This document shows, piece after piece, positions 14,883-23,776 of a stretch of DNA of 25,075 bases. The DNA is from a virus (lineage: Duplodnaviria > Caudoviricetes), in the IMG/VR virus record IMGVR_UViG_3300035492_000019, positions 1 to 25,075 of that record. One strand, given 5' to 3'. Position 1 is the first letter of the stretch; each line of letters opens with the position of its first letter. Position numbers and translations under genes: made by a program. The notes under the pieces are model-generated. The model ran no database searches and was not told the DNA's origin. It saw only the letters and a list, made by a program, of their open reading frames with translations.

Positions 14883-15749
14883 AGCCCTAATACTCCCTTT
14901 GAGCTGTTCATCTCCAAGCCCCATAACAGAAGCATAATTCATTAGAGATGTAAACCCTGATTGTAAGGTTGGTTCCATACTTGTACCACGAGCACCAGCA
15001 TACATCTGAGCATAGTATGGTGCCATTGTTGATGTTTTTCTACCAAGAACATCACCAAGGTTGCTTAAAAACTTCATCTGTTCTTTAGCAACTTGAGGAC
15101 TGCCCATAGCAGTATTCATCATAATTTGTTGATTCTGAAGCATTGCTGCATTATTTGCTAGTGTATTCAAGCCCATAGCACCAGCAACACCGGGAAGAGC
15201 AAACATTCCAAATCTAAGAAAACTACCCGGCAATCCAGAAAATATAAAAGGATTAATTCTACCAGAAGATTTTCTTTCTCTTGATCTTTCACGCATAGCT
15301 GGATATCTTCCAGATGCAGCATGGATTCTTGGATTAATATTTGGCCTGATTATTATATTTGATAAACCAGCACGTATCTGTTCTCTCATAGCCATAATAC
15401 TGTCTCTAGACAACCTAGCACCAATACGAGCACCTGTCCTACCTGTTGTTCCTAGGTGTCCTCCCATTGCTTGTGTAAGAGCTTTATTAACCGCATCTTT
15501 ATTAAAAGAAACTTTACCTATTCTAAGAGTTGAGGTTTGCCCTGCCACTAATAGGGATTGTTTTAAAAGCCTATTAAGTGTGGCCTGATTTATCCTAAAT
15601 TCAAGTTGCAAAGCTCTTGTTCTACCAACTTTTGATTGGAAATCTCGTAGCTGCTTTTCAATTTTGTTTAAATATGCATCTACTGTCTTTAAAGACGAGT
15701 TATCGACGCCCACGCCTACTTTGGCATAGTAGCTACTAATCATTGTCAT
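14883..15749 (-). CDS. Tape measure protein, exon 1 (289 aa; spliced product 725 aa)
   Basis: Follows the tail chaperones; ends ...GLGDEQLKGSIRA and joins in frame to ISQMISKG; the apparent TAA is the first triplet of the intron. Confidence 0.88.
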
Positions 15750-15752
15750 AGC

Positions 15753-16046
15753 TTAGTTCCTCTTATTTGGAGCATCTTGCCTTGCAATCATCTCTCTGTT
15801 TTTCATTTCATCTTCCATTATAGTGTCTTTAACATCAAGCATTTCTAACATATCCAACAAAGTGATAACTGAATATTGCCCCGTTCTGATTTTATGCAGC
15901 GTATCTATGGGATCAGAAGAAGCCATTACAACACGCATAATTCTGTAATCCCCCTTCCAGTCTTTTAGCATTCTTCTATACTCTGCTGTGTGTTGCGTCT
16001 GCGATACGCCAGAAGATTTTATGTCTCTGAAGTATCGCTTTCTACG
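15753..16046 (-). CDS. Tail assembly chaperone frameshift extension (gpT-like)
   Basis: The -1 frame is open from the slippery site (RRKRYFRDIKSSGV...) into the track ORF 15753..15971. Confidence 0.75.
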   Translation of the reverse strand, partial: RRKRYFRDIKSSGVSQTQHTAEYRRMLKDWKGDYRIMRVVMASSDPIDTLHKIRTGQYSVITLLDMLEMLDVKDTIMEDEMKNREMIARQDAPNKRN

Positions 16047-16052
16047 TTTGGG
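16001..16052 (-). promoter_or_regulatory. Programmed -1 ribosomal frameshift signal
   Basis: In-frame X XXY YYZ heptamer C CCA AAC (16052-16046), 7-nt spacer, then hairpin GCGAUAC/GUAUCGC (16038-16032 / 16007-16001). Confidence 0.8.
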
Positions 16053-16345
16053 GATTCTCCTTCTGAATCCATATCAAAGTCAAAATTGAAATTTACAATT
16101 TGACTAAACAGTTCATAGAGTTCTTTGTAATTTCTAGCAAAATGTTTATTAAACCATTGTTCTGTTGGTTGAATATTATTCACTTTAACACTGCGAAGAA
16201 CAACCTCTTTTACAAAGTTAGCGGGAGGGGATGATTCCATTGTCATCAATGCATTTAATACAGATAAACCATATGTTGCATCTAATGCTGTAATCAAATA
16301 ATTATTTTGACCAACCACTACTTCTTTTTGTTCCAATACTTGCAT
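16019..16345 (-). CDS. Tail assembly chaperone (gpG-like)
   Basis: 108 aa between the tube genes and the tape measure; FNKHFARNY..L..LF..IV.FNF; slippery site near the 3' end. Confidence 0.8.
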   Translation of the reverse strand: MQVLEQKEVVVGQNNYLITALDATYGLSVLNALMTMESSPPANFVKEVVLRSVKVNNIQPTEQWFNKHFARNYKELYELFSQIVNFNFDFDMDSEGESPNVESDTSET

Positions 16346-16356
16346 AGTATCTCCTT

Positions 16357-16809
16357 TTAAAATATTGAATTAAATAAACTTAAAACTCCCCACCCTTCTC
16401 CATTTGTGAAAGATGAAGATAAACACTCTATTGTCCAACCTCTTGTTGAAATATCTGGCTCATAACCTATATCAGGATGAGAACTAATATATCCCTCTAT
16501 TGTATTAAAAACCTCTGTACCAAACGTATCTTTTATTGATATTTCCAATCTTCCTGTACCAAACTTCTCATCTTGGTCTAAAATATTCCTAAACAATTGA
16601 TTGCTTTCACTTGTTGAAGTGAGAACAACCTCAATTGTTGCAGAAGTATCTGGATTTTTTATTCGTGTATTTTTACCGCGAATCCCCCTCACCATTTTAT
16701 AAGAAGGAGAATTTCTTTTTATAGTTATTCTATCCCAACCAGACAGTGTAGCACCACCCATTGTAAATACAACATCTGAAGGAGAATATGTTGTTACGTT
16801 AAATGACAT
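16357..16809 (-). CDS. Tail tube-like structural protein (paralogue 3)
   Basis: TYSPSDV, TSESNQ and IKDTFG motifs shared with the two upstream genes. Confidence 0.75.
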   Translation of the reverse strand: MSFNVTTYSPSDVVFTMGGATLSGWDRITIKRNSPSYKMVRGIRGKNTRIKNPDTSATIEVVLTSTSESNQLFRNILDQDEKFGTGRLEISIKDTFGTEVFNTIEGYISSHPDIGYEPDISTRGWTIECLSSSFTNGEGWGVLSLFNSIF

Positions 16810-16819
16810 TCATTTCTCC

Positions 16820-17326
16820 TTAAAACAACCTAGACAATCCCGGAGCCAATCCGAGAGCACCATTGAGGAAATCTTCTCCGACAGACGATGCGGATTCATT
16901 ACCACCAAGATTAAACGTAGCTTGTGAACATTTAATCACCCACTCCCTTGTTTCAATTGATGTTGAAAAAGAAGAATCAGGCATTGTTTCAATCCACGAT
17001 GTTAAAGAGAAAAATAATGTAGAACCAAGATTATCTTTAACAAGAAACGGAAATTTACCCATCTGTGTCAATTCATCCAGTTTAGACATATAAGACAGTA
17101 TTTGATTACTTTCGGATGCTTGATGAAGTGTAAGAGAAAGATTATAAACTTGGCTATTTTTATATGTTCTTGATATAGCTCCATCAGAAGATTCTCTAGT
17201 TGTATAAACAGGATTTGCTTTAGAAATTGATAAGAATGTTCCATCAGCAAACCCGGATAGGTTATGAAACCCACCAAGTAATACAGAAACATCCTCTGGT
17301 GAATAATGTGCTAATATATTGCTCAT
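16820..17326 (-). CDS. Tail tube-like structural protein (paralogue 2)
   Basis: HYSPEDV, GFADGTF, LTLHQASESN and REWVIKC motifs. Confidence 0.78.
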   Translation of the reverse strand: MSNILAHYSPEDVSVLLGGFHNLSGFADGTFLSISKANPVYTTRESSDGAISRTYKNSQVYNLSLTLHQASESNQILSYMSKLDELTQMGKFPFLVKDNLGSTLFFSLTSWIETMPDSSFSTSIETREWVIKCSQATFNLGGNESASSVGEDFLNGALGLAPGLSRLF

Positions 17327-17352
17327 CAATTATTCCTTTGGATGAAAAAGAG

Positions 17353-17385
17353 AAAAATAAAGGGAGAATGCCGAAACATTCTCCC
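17353..17385 (-). terminator. Rho-independent terminator after the major tail tube gene
   Basis: GGGAGAAUG-UUUCGG-CAUUCUCCC followed by UUUAUUUUU. Confidence 0.88.
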
Positions 17386-17412
17386 AATATAATCTTTCTT
17401 TAAATTCTAATG

Positions 17413-17946
17413 TTAAGCATTAGGATTCCAGAAAGTGTCAGAATTATAACCAAGATCGGTTACAGTTGAATAAGTATCGCCGGTGAATTTACCATTACCA
17501 CCAATGTGCTGTGTCATATTGATTGCACGAATCACCCAAGCACGTTCTGCAATATCAGTACCCAGACTCGTATCTGGTGTGGTACCAATATAAGCAACCG
17601 GGGTTGACATCACGGTTCTACCTGAAGTGTCTTTAATTGTCATATAAAAACAATCACTACCATCCCTTGATTCTTCATCTAGTGCAAGCAGTTGAGAAAA
17701 GACATCATTAGATTCACTTGATTGGTGCAGGGTGAGTGTCACATCGCAATTCTTAATTGAACGTACAACACGAGCATTTGTACCATCAGCACCATTATAG
17801 TGTGTTGCATGGTCAACATTCCGTGCCACGCTGATAAACGTGCCATCTGCATAGCCAGAGACAATGTGAGAAAACTTATCATTACCAACAGTAATAACAA
17901 CACTCTCTGGGCTATAGGTTCCTAAAATATTACTAACTGGAGCCAT
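17413..17946 (-). CDS. Major tail tube protein (DUF3277-like)
   Basis: Follows the sheath and precedes a terminator; TYSPESV, GYADGTFI, LTLHQSSESND and IKDTSG motifs. Confidence 0.85.
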   Translation of the reverse strand: MAPVSNILGTYSPESVVITVGNDKFSHIVSGYADGTFISVARNVDHATHYNGADGTNARVVRSIKNCDVTLTLHQSSESNDVFSQLLALDEESRDGSDCFYMTIKDTSGRTVMSTPVAYIGTTPDTSLGTDIAERAWVIRAINMTQHIGGNGKFTGDTYSTVTDLGYNSDTFWNPNA

Positions 17947-17966
17947 TATATTTTCCTTTTAAAATG

Positions 17967-19013
17967 TTATACTGTTAGAGTGCCACGGATAGTTACAGTA
18001 GAAACTGCACCTGCCAAACGTGCTGTAAATTGGAAATCTCCCAAATTTCTAGCTGCGCGTTGAATTTCAGGAATGTCTAGAATTCGTGGAGTTGTTACAC
18101 TGTATGTATCAATACCCCCGTTTTGCTGTGCTTGTGTCAATACTGAACGAATTTCATTTTCAATAATTGTTGCACCAGCTTGTGTATATGGAATCTTTTT
18201 AGTATTAATCAGACGGAAGAAAATCTGCTCTTGAAGTCGAGCGTGAATCCAGTCTGTTAAAATCATTACGTCTACATATTCGCTCTGTGCAGTCTTACCG
18301 CGACGAGTGACAGGAGCACCTTTAATGGTGATATAGTAGTTATAGCCCTTATCTTCCAAAACGGTGATTTCTGTACCTGTGAGATTACTGACACTAACAC
18401 CTGCCAAACGCTTATATTCCCACGTATTTGATCCGGGAACCTCTATGATTTGACTACCCACCCAAGAACATTCAGGATATTCCGTATCCGCTGTTTTGGA
18501 GTACATAATCACTGTACGGTCATTAGATTTAGCTTTCAGCTTACTACCGATGTCTGTGGTGATTGCTTGGTTTGTTGCATCAGCAGATGAAGTTGATGTA
18601 AAATACATTTTACGCATCGCTTGGATGGTGTCACTAATTTCTTCAATATCAGCATCAACATGGCTCTCAGCCATTACAGCATACCAAGTATCATCTACAT
18701 TAATAGTGGCTTGGATTGCTTCAAGATATGTTTCTTCACTACCGAGTTCTTTGTTGACTTTAGCAATCTTGAAAGTAGCAGGTTTATTTTGACCACTTAG
18801 AAGTTTTTGAGCCATTAAGTAGCCTGTATGTGCTACTGTAAGGTCTGTAGCAACATCTTCTAGTGCTGTATATGTTCTGATTCTGTCTGTTGCAAATGCC
18901 GTAACAGTATCATCCATCTCAACAAACAAAACAGGAATATCAAAAGCAGCAATATCAATCTGGGTTGTTTGTCGGGTAATAAAAACTTTTACAATGTTAT
19001 CAATTTGAGACAT
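17967..19013 (-). CDS. Tail sheath protein (DUF3383-like)
   Basis: PGSNTWEYKRLAGV, DWIHARLQE, KIPYTQAGATII and F.ARLAGAV..V.IRG motifs. Confidence 0.9.
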   Translation of the reverse strand: MSQIDNIVKVFITRQTTQIDIAAFDIPVLFVEMDDTVTAFATDRIRTYTALEDVATDLTVAHTGYLMAQKLLSGQNKPATFKIAKVNKELGSEETYLEAIQATINVDDTWYAVMAESHVDADIEEISDTIQAMRKMYFTSTSSADATNQAITTDIGSKLKAKSNDRTVIMYSKTADTEYPECSWVGSQIIEVPGSNTWEYKRLAGVSVSNLTGTEITVLEDKGYNYYITIKGAPVTRRGKTAQSEYVDVMILTDWIHARLQEQIFFRLINTKKIPYTQAGATIIENEIRSVLTQAQQNGGIDTYSVTTPRILDIPEIQRAARNLGDFQFTARLAGAVSTVTIRGTLTV

Positions 19014-19040
19014 TATTTTTATTTCCTTAATTGTTTTTGT

Positions 19041-19607
19041 TTATGGGGAAGGGATTGTGATTGGGTTATTGATTGTAGTTGTATTATTATTTGAATAATT
19101 TAGTACTACACTAGTAGTTTCAACCCAATCCATTTGTTGTCTTGTCTTAATAGCAAATGATAATCTCATGTCCATATTGAACATTTCTACCCACTTTGCA
19201 TCTCTTGGTTGTGGGGAGCGCCTTATATCACTTCTATCAAGAAACCCCCAATTGTATTTATTGAAAATTGAAATACAAACTTGATTATTTATCAAATTAT
19301 GCCTAAAATCCATTGCAACAACATCTGCTGAATTTCCAATAAATGAATACTGAATAGATAATTTATAATGTGATACTGTTTCAAGAATTCCCAATTGTGT
19401 TTGAGGATCATAATCCGTCAAAAATGTTGCTTCATCTTTGAAGCCAACTTGAGAAAAATTCAGAACATTTATTAAGCAATATGTTTTTTCTGGTTCAGTT
19501 GTGTTGTTCCCTGAGAAGATAACATTTACATTTTCATAACCAAGGCTTGTCAATACTTCATGAGTGGCATCATATAAATTGTCTAAAACTGTTGTGTAAA
19601 AAGACAT
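19041..19607 (-). CDS. Tail terminator / tail completion protein
   Basis: Position before the sheath; IRRSPQPRDAKWVE motif. Confidence 0.65.
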   Translation of the reverse strand: MSFYTTVLDNLYDATHEVLTSLGYENVNVIFSGNNTTEPEKTYCLINVLNFSQVGFKDEATFLTDYDPQTQLGILETVSHYKLSIQYSFIGNSADVVAMDFRHNLINNQVCISIFNKYNWGFLDRSDIRRSPQPRDAKWVEMFNMDMRLSFAIKTRQQMDWVETTSVVLNYSNNNTTTINNPITIPSP

Positions 19608-19615
19608 CAGCCCTC

Positions 19616-20110
19616 CTATTTAGTTGAAGGCACTAGCCTTGATTTTATTGAATCGTAAGTTGTTCCTGTTTCAATAAGAGGATCATTGAAACCTTTAATT
19701 TCTACAGTTGTTCTACTATTAGCAGGATCGCTAAAATCTAACATTGTCTTCTTTAATAAGTCTTCTAAATCTTTTTTCATTGAATTATATAAAGAAGATT
19801 TTGTTAAAGTCCCTTGCATCACCATATTGAATTTAGTTGAATAATTCTCAACCAGATTTGGAATACTGTCCATGAAATTATTTCTAACAAATGCTCTGGG
19901 AGGTGTATAAGCACCGGGGAATGCACTGTCCGGGCCATTATAAAATCCCTCTTCTTGCCATTGAACAATTGAAGCAACAGGAACGCCCGAGGGATGCATA
20001 GTGTTCCACCAACCCACTTCAACATCTTTATTAGCACGTTCAAGCCTGCGCTTCATTTTTTCCCACTCTTTTGTGTTACAAGTCAGTGTCACTTTAGTGG
20101 AAAGTTTCAT
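19616..20110 (-). CDS. Neck / tail completion protein
   Basis: VEVGW, TPPRAF, PANS.TT...KGFNDPLIETG motifs; likely start MKLSTK at 20110 (ATGA overlap; track start 20155). Confidence 0.75.
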   Translation of the reverse strand: MKLSTKVTLTCNTKEWEKMKRRLERANKDVEVGWWNTMHPSGVPVASIVQWQEEGFYNGPDSAFPGAYTPPRAFVRNNFMDSIPNLVENYSTKFNMVMQGTLTKSSLYNSMKKDLEDLLKKTMLDFSDPANSRTTVEIKGFNDPLIETGTTYDSIKSRLVPSTK

Positions 20111-20499
20111 GGTAATGCACCTGCTGTAATTGGTATTCTTGCAGCATAAGCACAAAAATGATCCAATGTTCCCATAGCATAATTTTTACACTTCATTACT
20201 TCGTATTGATCACCGTTCCATTCAACAATATCTGCAAGCCAACCATCATCACCTTCTCTCAATGTCCTCAATTGGGATACAGAGAATATTTTTATCCATT
20301 CTTTTGTTCTATCAGATTCTTCCATTTGTTGAAGTTCTGTAAATTTTAATGGTTGTACGTTTGCTTCAATTACAACAGATGTTGGAGTAGGATCGACAGG
20401 TCTTCCTTTAACAAGGGTTTGTTTCCCTCTACGTTTGATTGTAAGGCTCGTAGAGCCTGTTAAACGAAAAGAGGGGTATGTACGTCTATTGATTGCCAT
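20107..20499 (-). CDS. Head closure protein
   Basis: IEANVQP, E.DRTKEWIKIFS and ADIVEWNGDQYEV motifs; SD AGGAGG; neck-module position. Confidence 0.72.
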   Translation of the reverse strand: MAINRRTYPSFRLTGSTSLTIKRRGKQTLVKGRPVDPTPTSVVIEANVQPLKFTELQQMEESDRTKEWIKIFSVSQLRTLREGDDGWLADIVEWNGDQYEVMKCKNYAMGTLDHFCAYAARIPITAGALP

Positions 20500-20518
20500 A
20501 AGCCCCTCCTAGAGCGTT

Positions 20519-20689
20519 TTAAGCGCCTTTAAGGGCAGCTAGAATTTCATTCACTTTGTTTGCAATATCTTCTGAAGTGGCTGTAACCGGATCAGCGATT
20601 GCAACAACAGCAGCAAGCAGCACTTTAGTATCCACCTCTGCCTTCAAATTAGCATCAAAGCGTTGTGCTTTAGTTGGAAAATTTGCCAT
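20519..20689 (-). CDS. Small virion protein, head fibre-like (56 aa)
   Basis: Hand translation MANFPTKAQRFDANLKAEVDTKVLLAAVVAIADPVTATSEDIANKVNEILAALKGA*; SD AGGA; fills the gap exactly; absent from the ORF track. Confidence 0.75.
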   Translation of the reverse strand: MANFPTKAQRFDANLKAEVDTKVLLAAVVAIADPVTATSEDIANKVNEILAALKGA

Positions 20690-20691
20690 TT

Positions 20692-21165
20692 TTAATTCCT
20701 AATATATTCTGTTAGTTCTTCAGGAAAGCGATAGCCTACAATCTTTGTCCACCAAGCAATACAAGGAGAGATTTGAGAAAGAGGGCTTCTATTTCTATCG
20801 GGATTGTTATTTGCAGCATTTACATCAGCAATACTGATACCAGCAGCATAGGGCTTCAAATTAGCTGGAAGATTAGCCTGTCCAGACTCTTTGATGAATT
20901 CCTCCAACACCTTGCGATATTCTAAAGAGGCGTTAGACCAAACTTCCAACTCCCCACTTCTCTCCCTGTAAGGAAAGGATGTTAAAGAGAATGCAATTGA
21001 TATTGCTACGCGCCTAGAAGCACGTAGAACATCCCAATTTTCTAATGCAAGTAGCTTTCCAATTTCTTCATCTGTTAGAACAGGATAGAATATGCTTGAA
21101 GGAACATCTCCAACAAGAATTCTCACCAATTCTATTTTTTCTTGTTCTTCTGGTGTGAAAGCCAT
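20692..21165 (-). CDS. Head-tail adaptor protein
   Basis: IELVRILVGD.....YPVLTDEEI and PYAAGIS motifs; directly after the major capsid gene. Confidence 0.75.
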   Translation of the reverse strand: MAFTPEEQEKIELVRILVGDVPSSIFYPVLTDEEIGKLLALENWDVLRASRRVAISIAFSLTSFPYRERSGELEVWSNASLEYRKVLEEFIKESGQANLPANLKPYAAGISIADVNAANNNPDRNRSPLSQISPCIAWWTKIVGYRFPEELTEYIRN

Positions 21166-21186
21166 TATTGTCTCCTAAATAGAGGA

Positions 21187-21207
21187 GAGGGGAAATAAAT
21201 TCCCCTC
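21187..21207 (-). terminator. Hairpin after the major capsid gene (leaky terminator or stabiliser)
   Basis: GAGGGGAA-UUUAU-UUCCCCUC, 8-bp stem followed by a pyrimidine-rich tail that is not poly-U. Confidence 0.6.
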
Positions 21208-21215
21208 ATGTTCAA

Positions 21216-22265
21216 TTAGGAAGCGGCTGAACTCAGAGTGATAACAGCTTGAGGACGCAGGAGAGCGTTCACGAAGTTGGTTTCAGACATGATTTCGATG
21301 ATGTCATCTTTCTCATTGCGATATTCAAACACGTAGCTTTCCAGAGCAGCGCGGTTTACAGTGCTGAAGCGATTTGCAGGAGCAAAGTAAGTGCGGAAGC
21401 TGTCTGTGCCCAATGGGAACATGTAGGCTTTATCAGCTTCTACATAGTCAACACCACCAAGTTTACCACGAGCTTCAATGAACCAGATACCACCGTAGTA
21501 GAACATACGAGCACGAGCGTCAAGACCAAGACCTTGAGCAGTGAGACGACCATTCAGAACAGCAGTGCCTTGAGTTTGAGCAAAATACTGATACGACTCG
21601 TAAACAAAAGGATTGGTTACAAGATCAGTGAAGAAAGAGCTAGAGCACAAGGCTACAAACTCAGTGATCACTTCACCAGATTGGTAGTTGTCTTGAACCT
21701 TAGCATATGCTTCTTCAGCGTGAACCAAAGGATTCACTGTAGTGGAAGCCAAATCAAAGAATACGGTTTCACGAGAAACACCAAACTCAGTGTAGAAGTT
21801 GGTTACTACAGTGCCGTTAGGAGCATATACGCTACCATCTTTTACCAACTGAGCACGAGCACGTTCCAGAGTGAGAGCGTGAGCACGGCGCAGACGTTCC
21901 ATCTTCTCCATACGAACTTTTTCAACAGTCATAGGAGCGTTACCGCCTTGCATCAGGCTGTCCCAATCAACCATACCATCGACATCGTTAGGAGTGATAG
22001 CATCGTCAGCAGGGAAGTGAGGGATAACGACAGGGAGTACATCACGCTTATTGCCAGTGATTACGCTGTTACGCTCATCCCAGTTACGGTCAACAAGGAT
22101 GCTTTCTTCTTCAGTGTTGCGAGGAACCAGAACAGTTTTCTGGGATTTGTATTCATTACGGAAAAGACCCATCGAATTGATGATGCCCCATTGATTAGGG
22201 ATTACATTAATCTCAGGCGATAGGTCGGTAACTTTACCAAGTTGGAAAGGATTAGCAATAGCCAT
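21216..22265 (-). CDS. Major capsid protein (lambda gpE-like family, HK97 fold)
   Basis: INVIPNQWG.I..MGLF, IPHFPADDAITP.D, NFYTEFGV, F.TYFAPAN and SETNF.NAL.RPQA motifs; codon usage typical of high expression. Confidence 0.93.
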   Translation of the reverse strand: MAIANPFQLGKVTDLSPEINVIPNQWGIINSMGLFRNEYKSQKTVLVPRNTEEESILVDRNWDERNSVITGNKRDVLPVVIPHFPADDAITPNDVDGMVDWDSLMQGGNAPMTVEKVRMEKMERLRRAHALTLERARAQLVKDGSVYAPNGTVVTNFYTEFGVSRETVFFDLASTTVNPLVHAEEAYAKVQDNYQSGEVITEFVALCSSSFFTDLVTNPFVYESYQYFAQTQGTAVLNGRLTAQGLGLDARARMFYYGGIWFIEARGKLGGVDYVEADKAYMFPLGTDSFRTYFAPANRFSTVNRAALESYVFEYRNEKDDIIEIMSETNFVNALLRPQAVITLSSAAS

Positions 22266-22306
22266 TTTATCTATTTCTCCAAATATTTATTATTATTTTG
22301 ACTGTA

Positions 22307-22753
22307 TTAAACAGTCAGAGTGGTTTCGATGATAATGCCTTGCTTTTCCAACAGGGCTTTAAGAGCTTTGTGTTCAGCAGAGCCACGAGTGATTCCATTC
22401 ACTGACAGGAGCAATTCATCTTTCAGAATCACTTCACCACGAACATATGCAACAGCAGCAGTGTTACCTACAGCAGCAGTGGTAACAACTGGGTTAAAAC
22501 CATAACCATCACCAAAGACAACAGCGAGTTCGTTAGTTGCAACCAGATCGGTAGCAGGAGTAGTGACAGGAGCGTAAGCAGCGCCTTGGTCTACAGCACC
22601 AGAGGCGGTAGTACGGAATACAACTGTACCCATAGGAAGGTCTGCACCCGCACCAGCAACATTAACTACGCGACGAGCATAGCCAACCGAAGGGTCTTGC
22701 TCGTGAACAACCAGATCAGACAGGATTTGTTCATTGATATTAATAAGAGCCAT
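22307..22753 (-). CDS. Head decoration protein
   Basis: LSDLVVHEQDPSVGYARRVV, YVRGEVIL and LEKQGII motifs; directly upstream of the major capsid gene. Confidence 0.8.
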   Translation of the reverse strand: MALININEQILSDLVVHEQDPSVGYARRVVNVAGAGADLPMGTVVFRTTASGAVDQGAAYAPVTTPATDLVATNELAVVFGDGYGFNPVVTTAAVGNTAAVAYVRGEVILKDELLLSVNGITRGSAEHKALKALLEKQGIIIETTLTV

Positions 22754-22783
22754 TTTATTATTTCCTTATTTGATTATTTTTAA

Positions 22784-23776
22784 TTAGGCTTGTTCTTTCT
22801 GATATTTCTGTTTCAAAAGAGCAGCAAGACCAGATTCTTGTGTACCAGATTCTACTGTTGCACCAGATTTTGTTTTAAAGAGATCTGATTGATCAACAAC
22901 CTCATCTTTTAGTTTGAGAGCTTTAACAACAGTCTCAAAAGCTTCATCTCCAAGAGCTTCAACAGACTTTGCAAAAGCAACGGCTTGTTCTTCTTCTTTA
23001 ATTACGCTCTTAACAACTTCAAGGCGTTGTGCAGCTTTAGCTTCTGCTTGAGCCTTAACAATCTCATCTACTTGCGCACGGAGAGCGTCACGCTCTTGTA
23101 CAGCTTTCTCAAGATCGGCTAGAGCCTTGGTAAGCTCTGCTTGTTTGGCTTCTACGGCTTTTTGGATTTCTTGTTCCACGTTTTTAACCTCATTTTCATG
23201 TTTTGATTTATAAATAGCTTTGATCTTCTCATTACTAGAGATAGAATCAAAAGATTTGACAATAAGGCTACGAACGCCTTTTGGGAGGACTCCAAGGGAG
23301 TCATTGCTAGTGCTGTCAGTCATTAGCAACGTCCCTGTCTTTGATTCAAAAGAAACAATACGATTGACAGGGTAAGCTACATCGCCAAGAACAACTTGAT
23401 TGTCTGACAACGTATATTCTGTATAATAGATTCCTTGGTCGTTGTAAAAAACAACATATTGGTCATCAAAATCTTCTACGTAAGACCATTCCCATTTATC
23501 TTTGGAAAATTTCTTAATGGCGTCTGCCATTTTTGTACGAAACTGTTCATAGGAGGCTTTTTCAATAACTTCCAAATCACCTTGTCCAAGAATAGATTTA
23601 AGAAGGGTTTTAGCTTCATCATCTAATTCAACATTTGCTTTCATGAGCAAAGAGACATTCCTGCCATTGGCAGCACCACCTTGTGTTTTCATGTCACACA
23701 ATGCAAGATGCGGACTCATTTTCTTATCTTCTGTTTCTTTAATAATATTAAGAGGCACTATCTTCCCCTCCATCAA
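22784..23776 (-). CDS. Scaffold-like capsid assembly protein
   Basis: PHLALC....GGAANG N-terminus and long E/K/A coiled-coil C-terminus; between protease and decoration genes; exact start uncertain. Confidence 0.7.
   Translation of the reverse strand: MMEGKIVPLNIIKETEDKKMSPHLALCDMKTQGGAANGRNVSLLMKANVELDDEAKTLLKSILGQGDLEVIEKASYEQFRTKMADAIKKFSKDKWEWSYVEDFDDQYVVFYNDQGIYYTEYTLSDNQVVLGDVAYPVNRIVSFESKTGTLLMTDSTSNDSLGVLPKGVRSLIVKSFDSISSNEKIKAIYKSKHENEVKNVEQEIQKAVEAKQAELTKALADLEKAVQERDALRAQVDEIVKAQAEAKAAQRLEVVKSVIKEEEQAVAFAKSVEALGDEAFETVVKALKLKDEVVDQSDLFKTKSGATVESGTQESGLAALLKQKYQKEQA

Noticed and set aside
14718-14945. 75-aa plus-strand ORF over the 5' part of intron 1, and other short antisense or nested ORFs in the track
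   Set aside because: They overlap well-supported minus-strand genes or ribozyme structure and show no SD or motif support
21249-22223. 324-aa plus-strand ORF antisense to the major capsid gene
   Set aside because: Shadow ORF in register with a highly biased gene that avoids codons complementary to stops; no recognisable motif or SD
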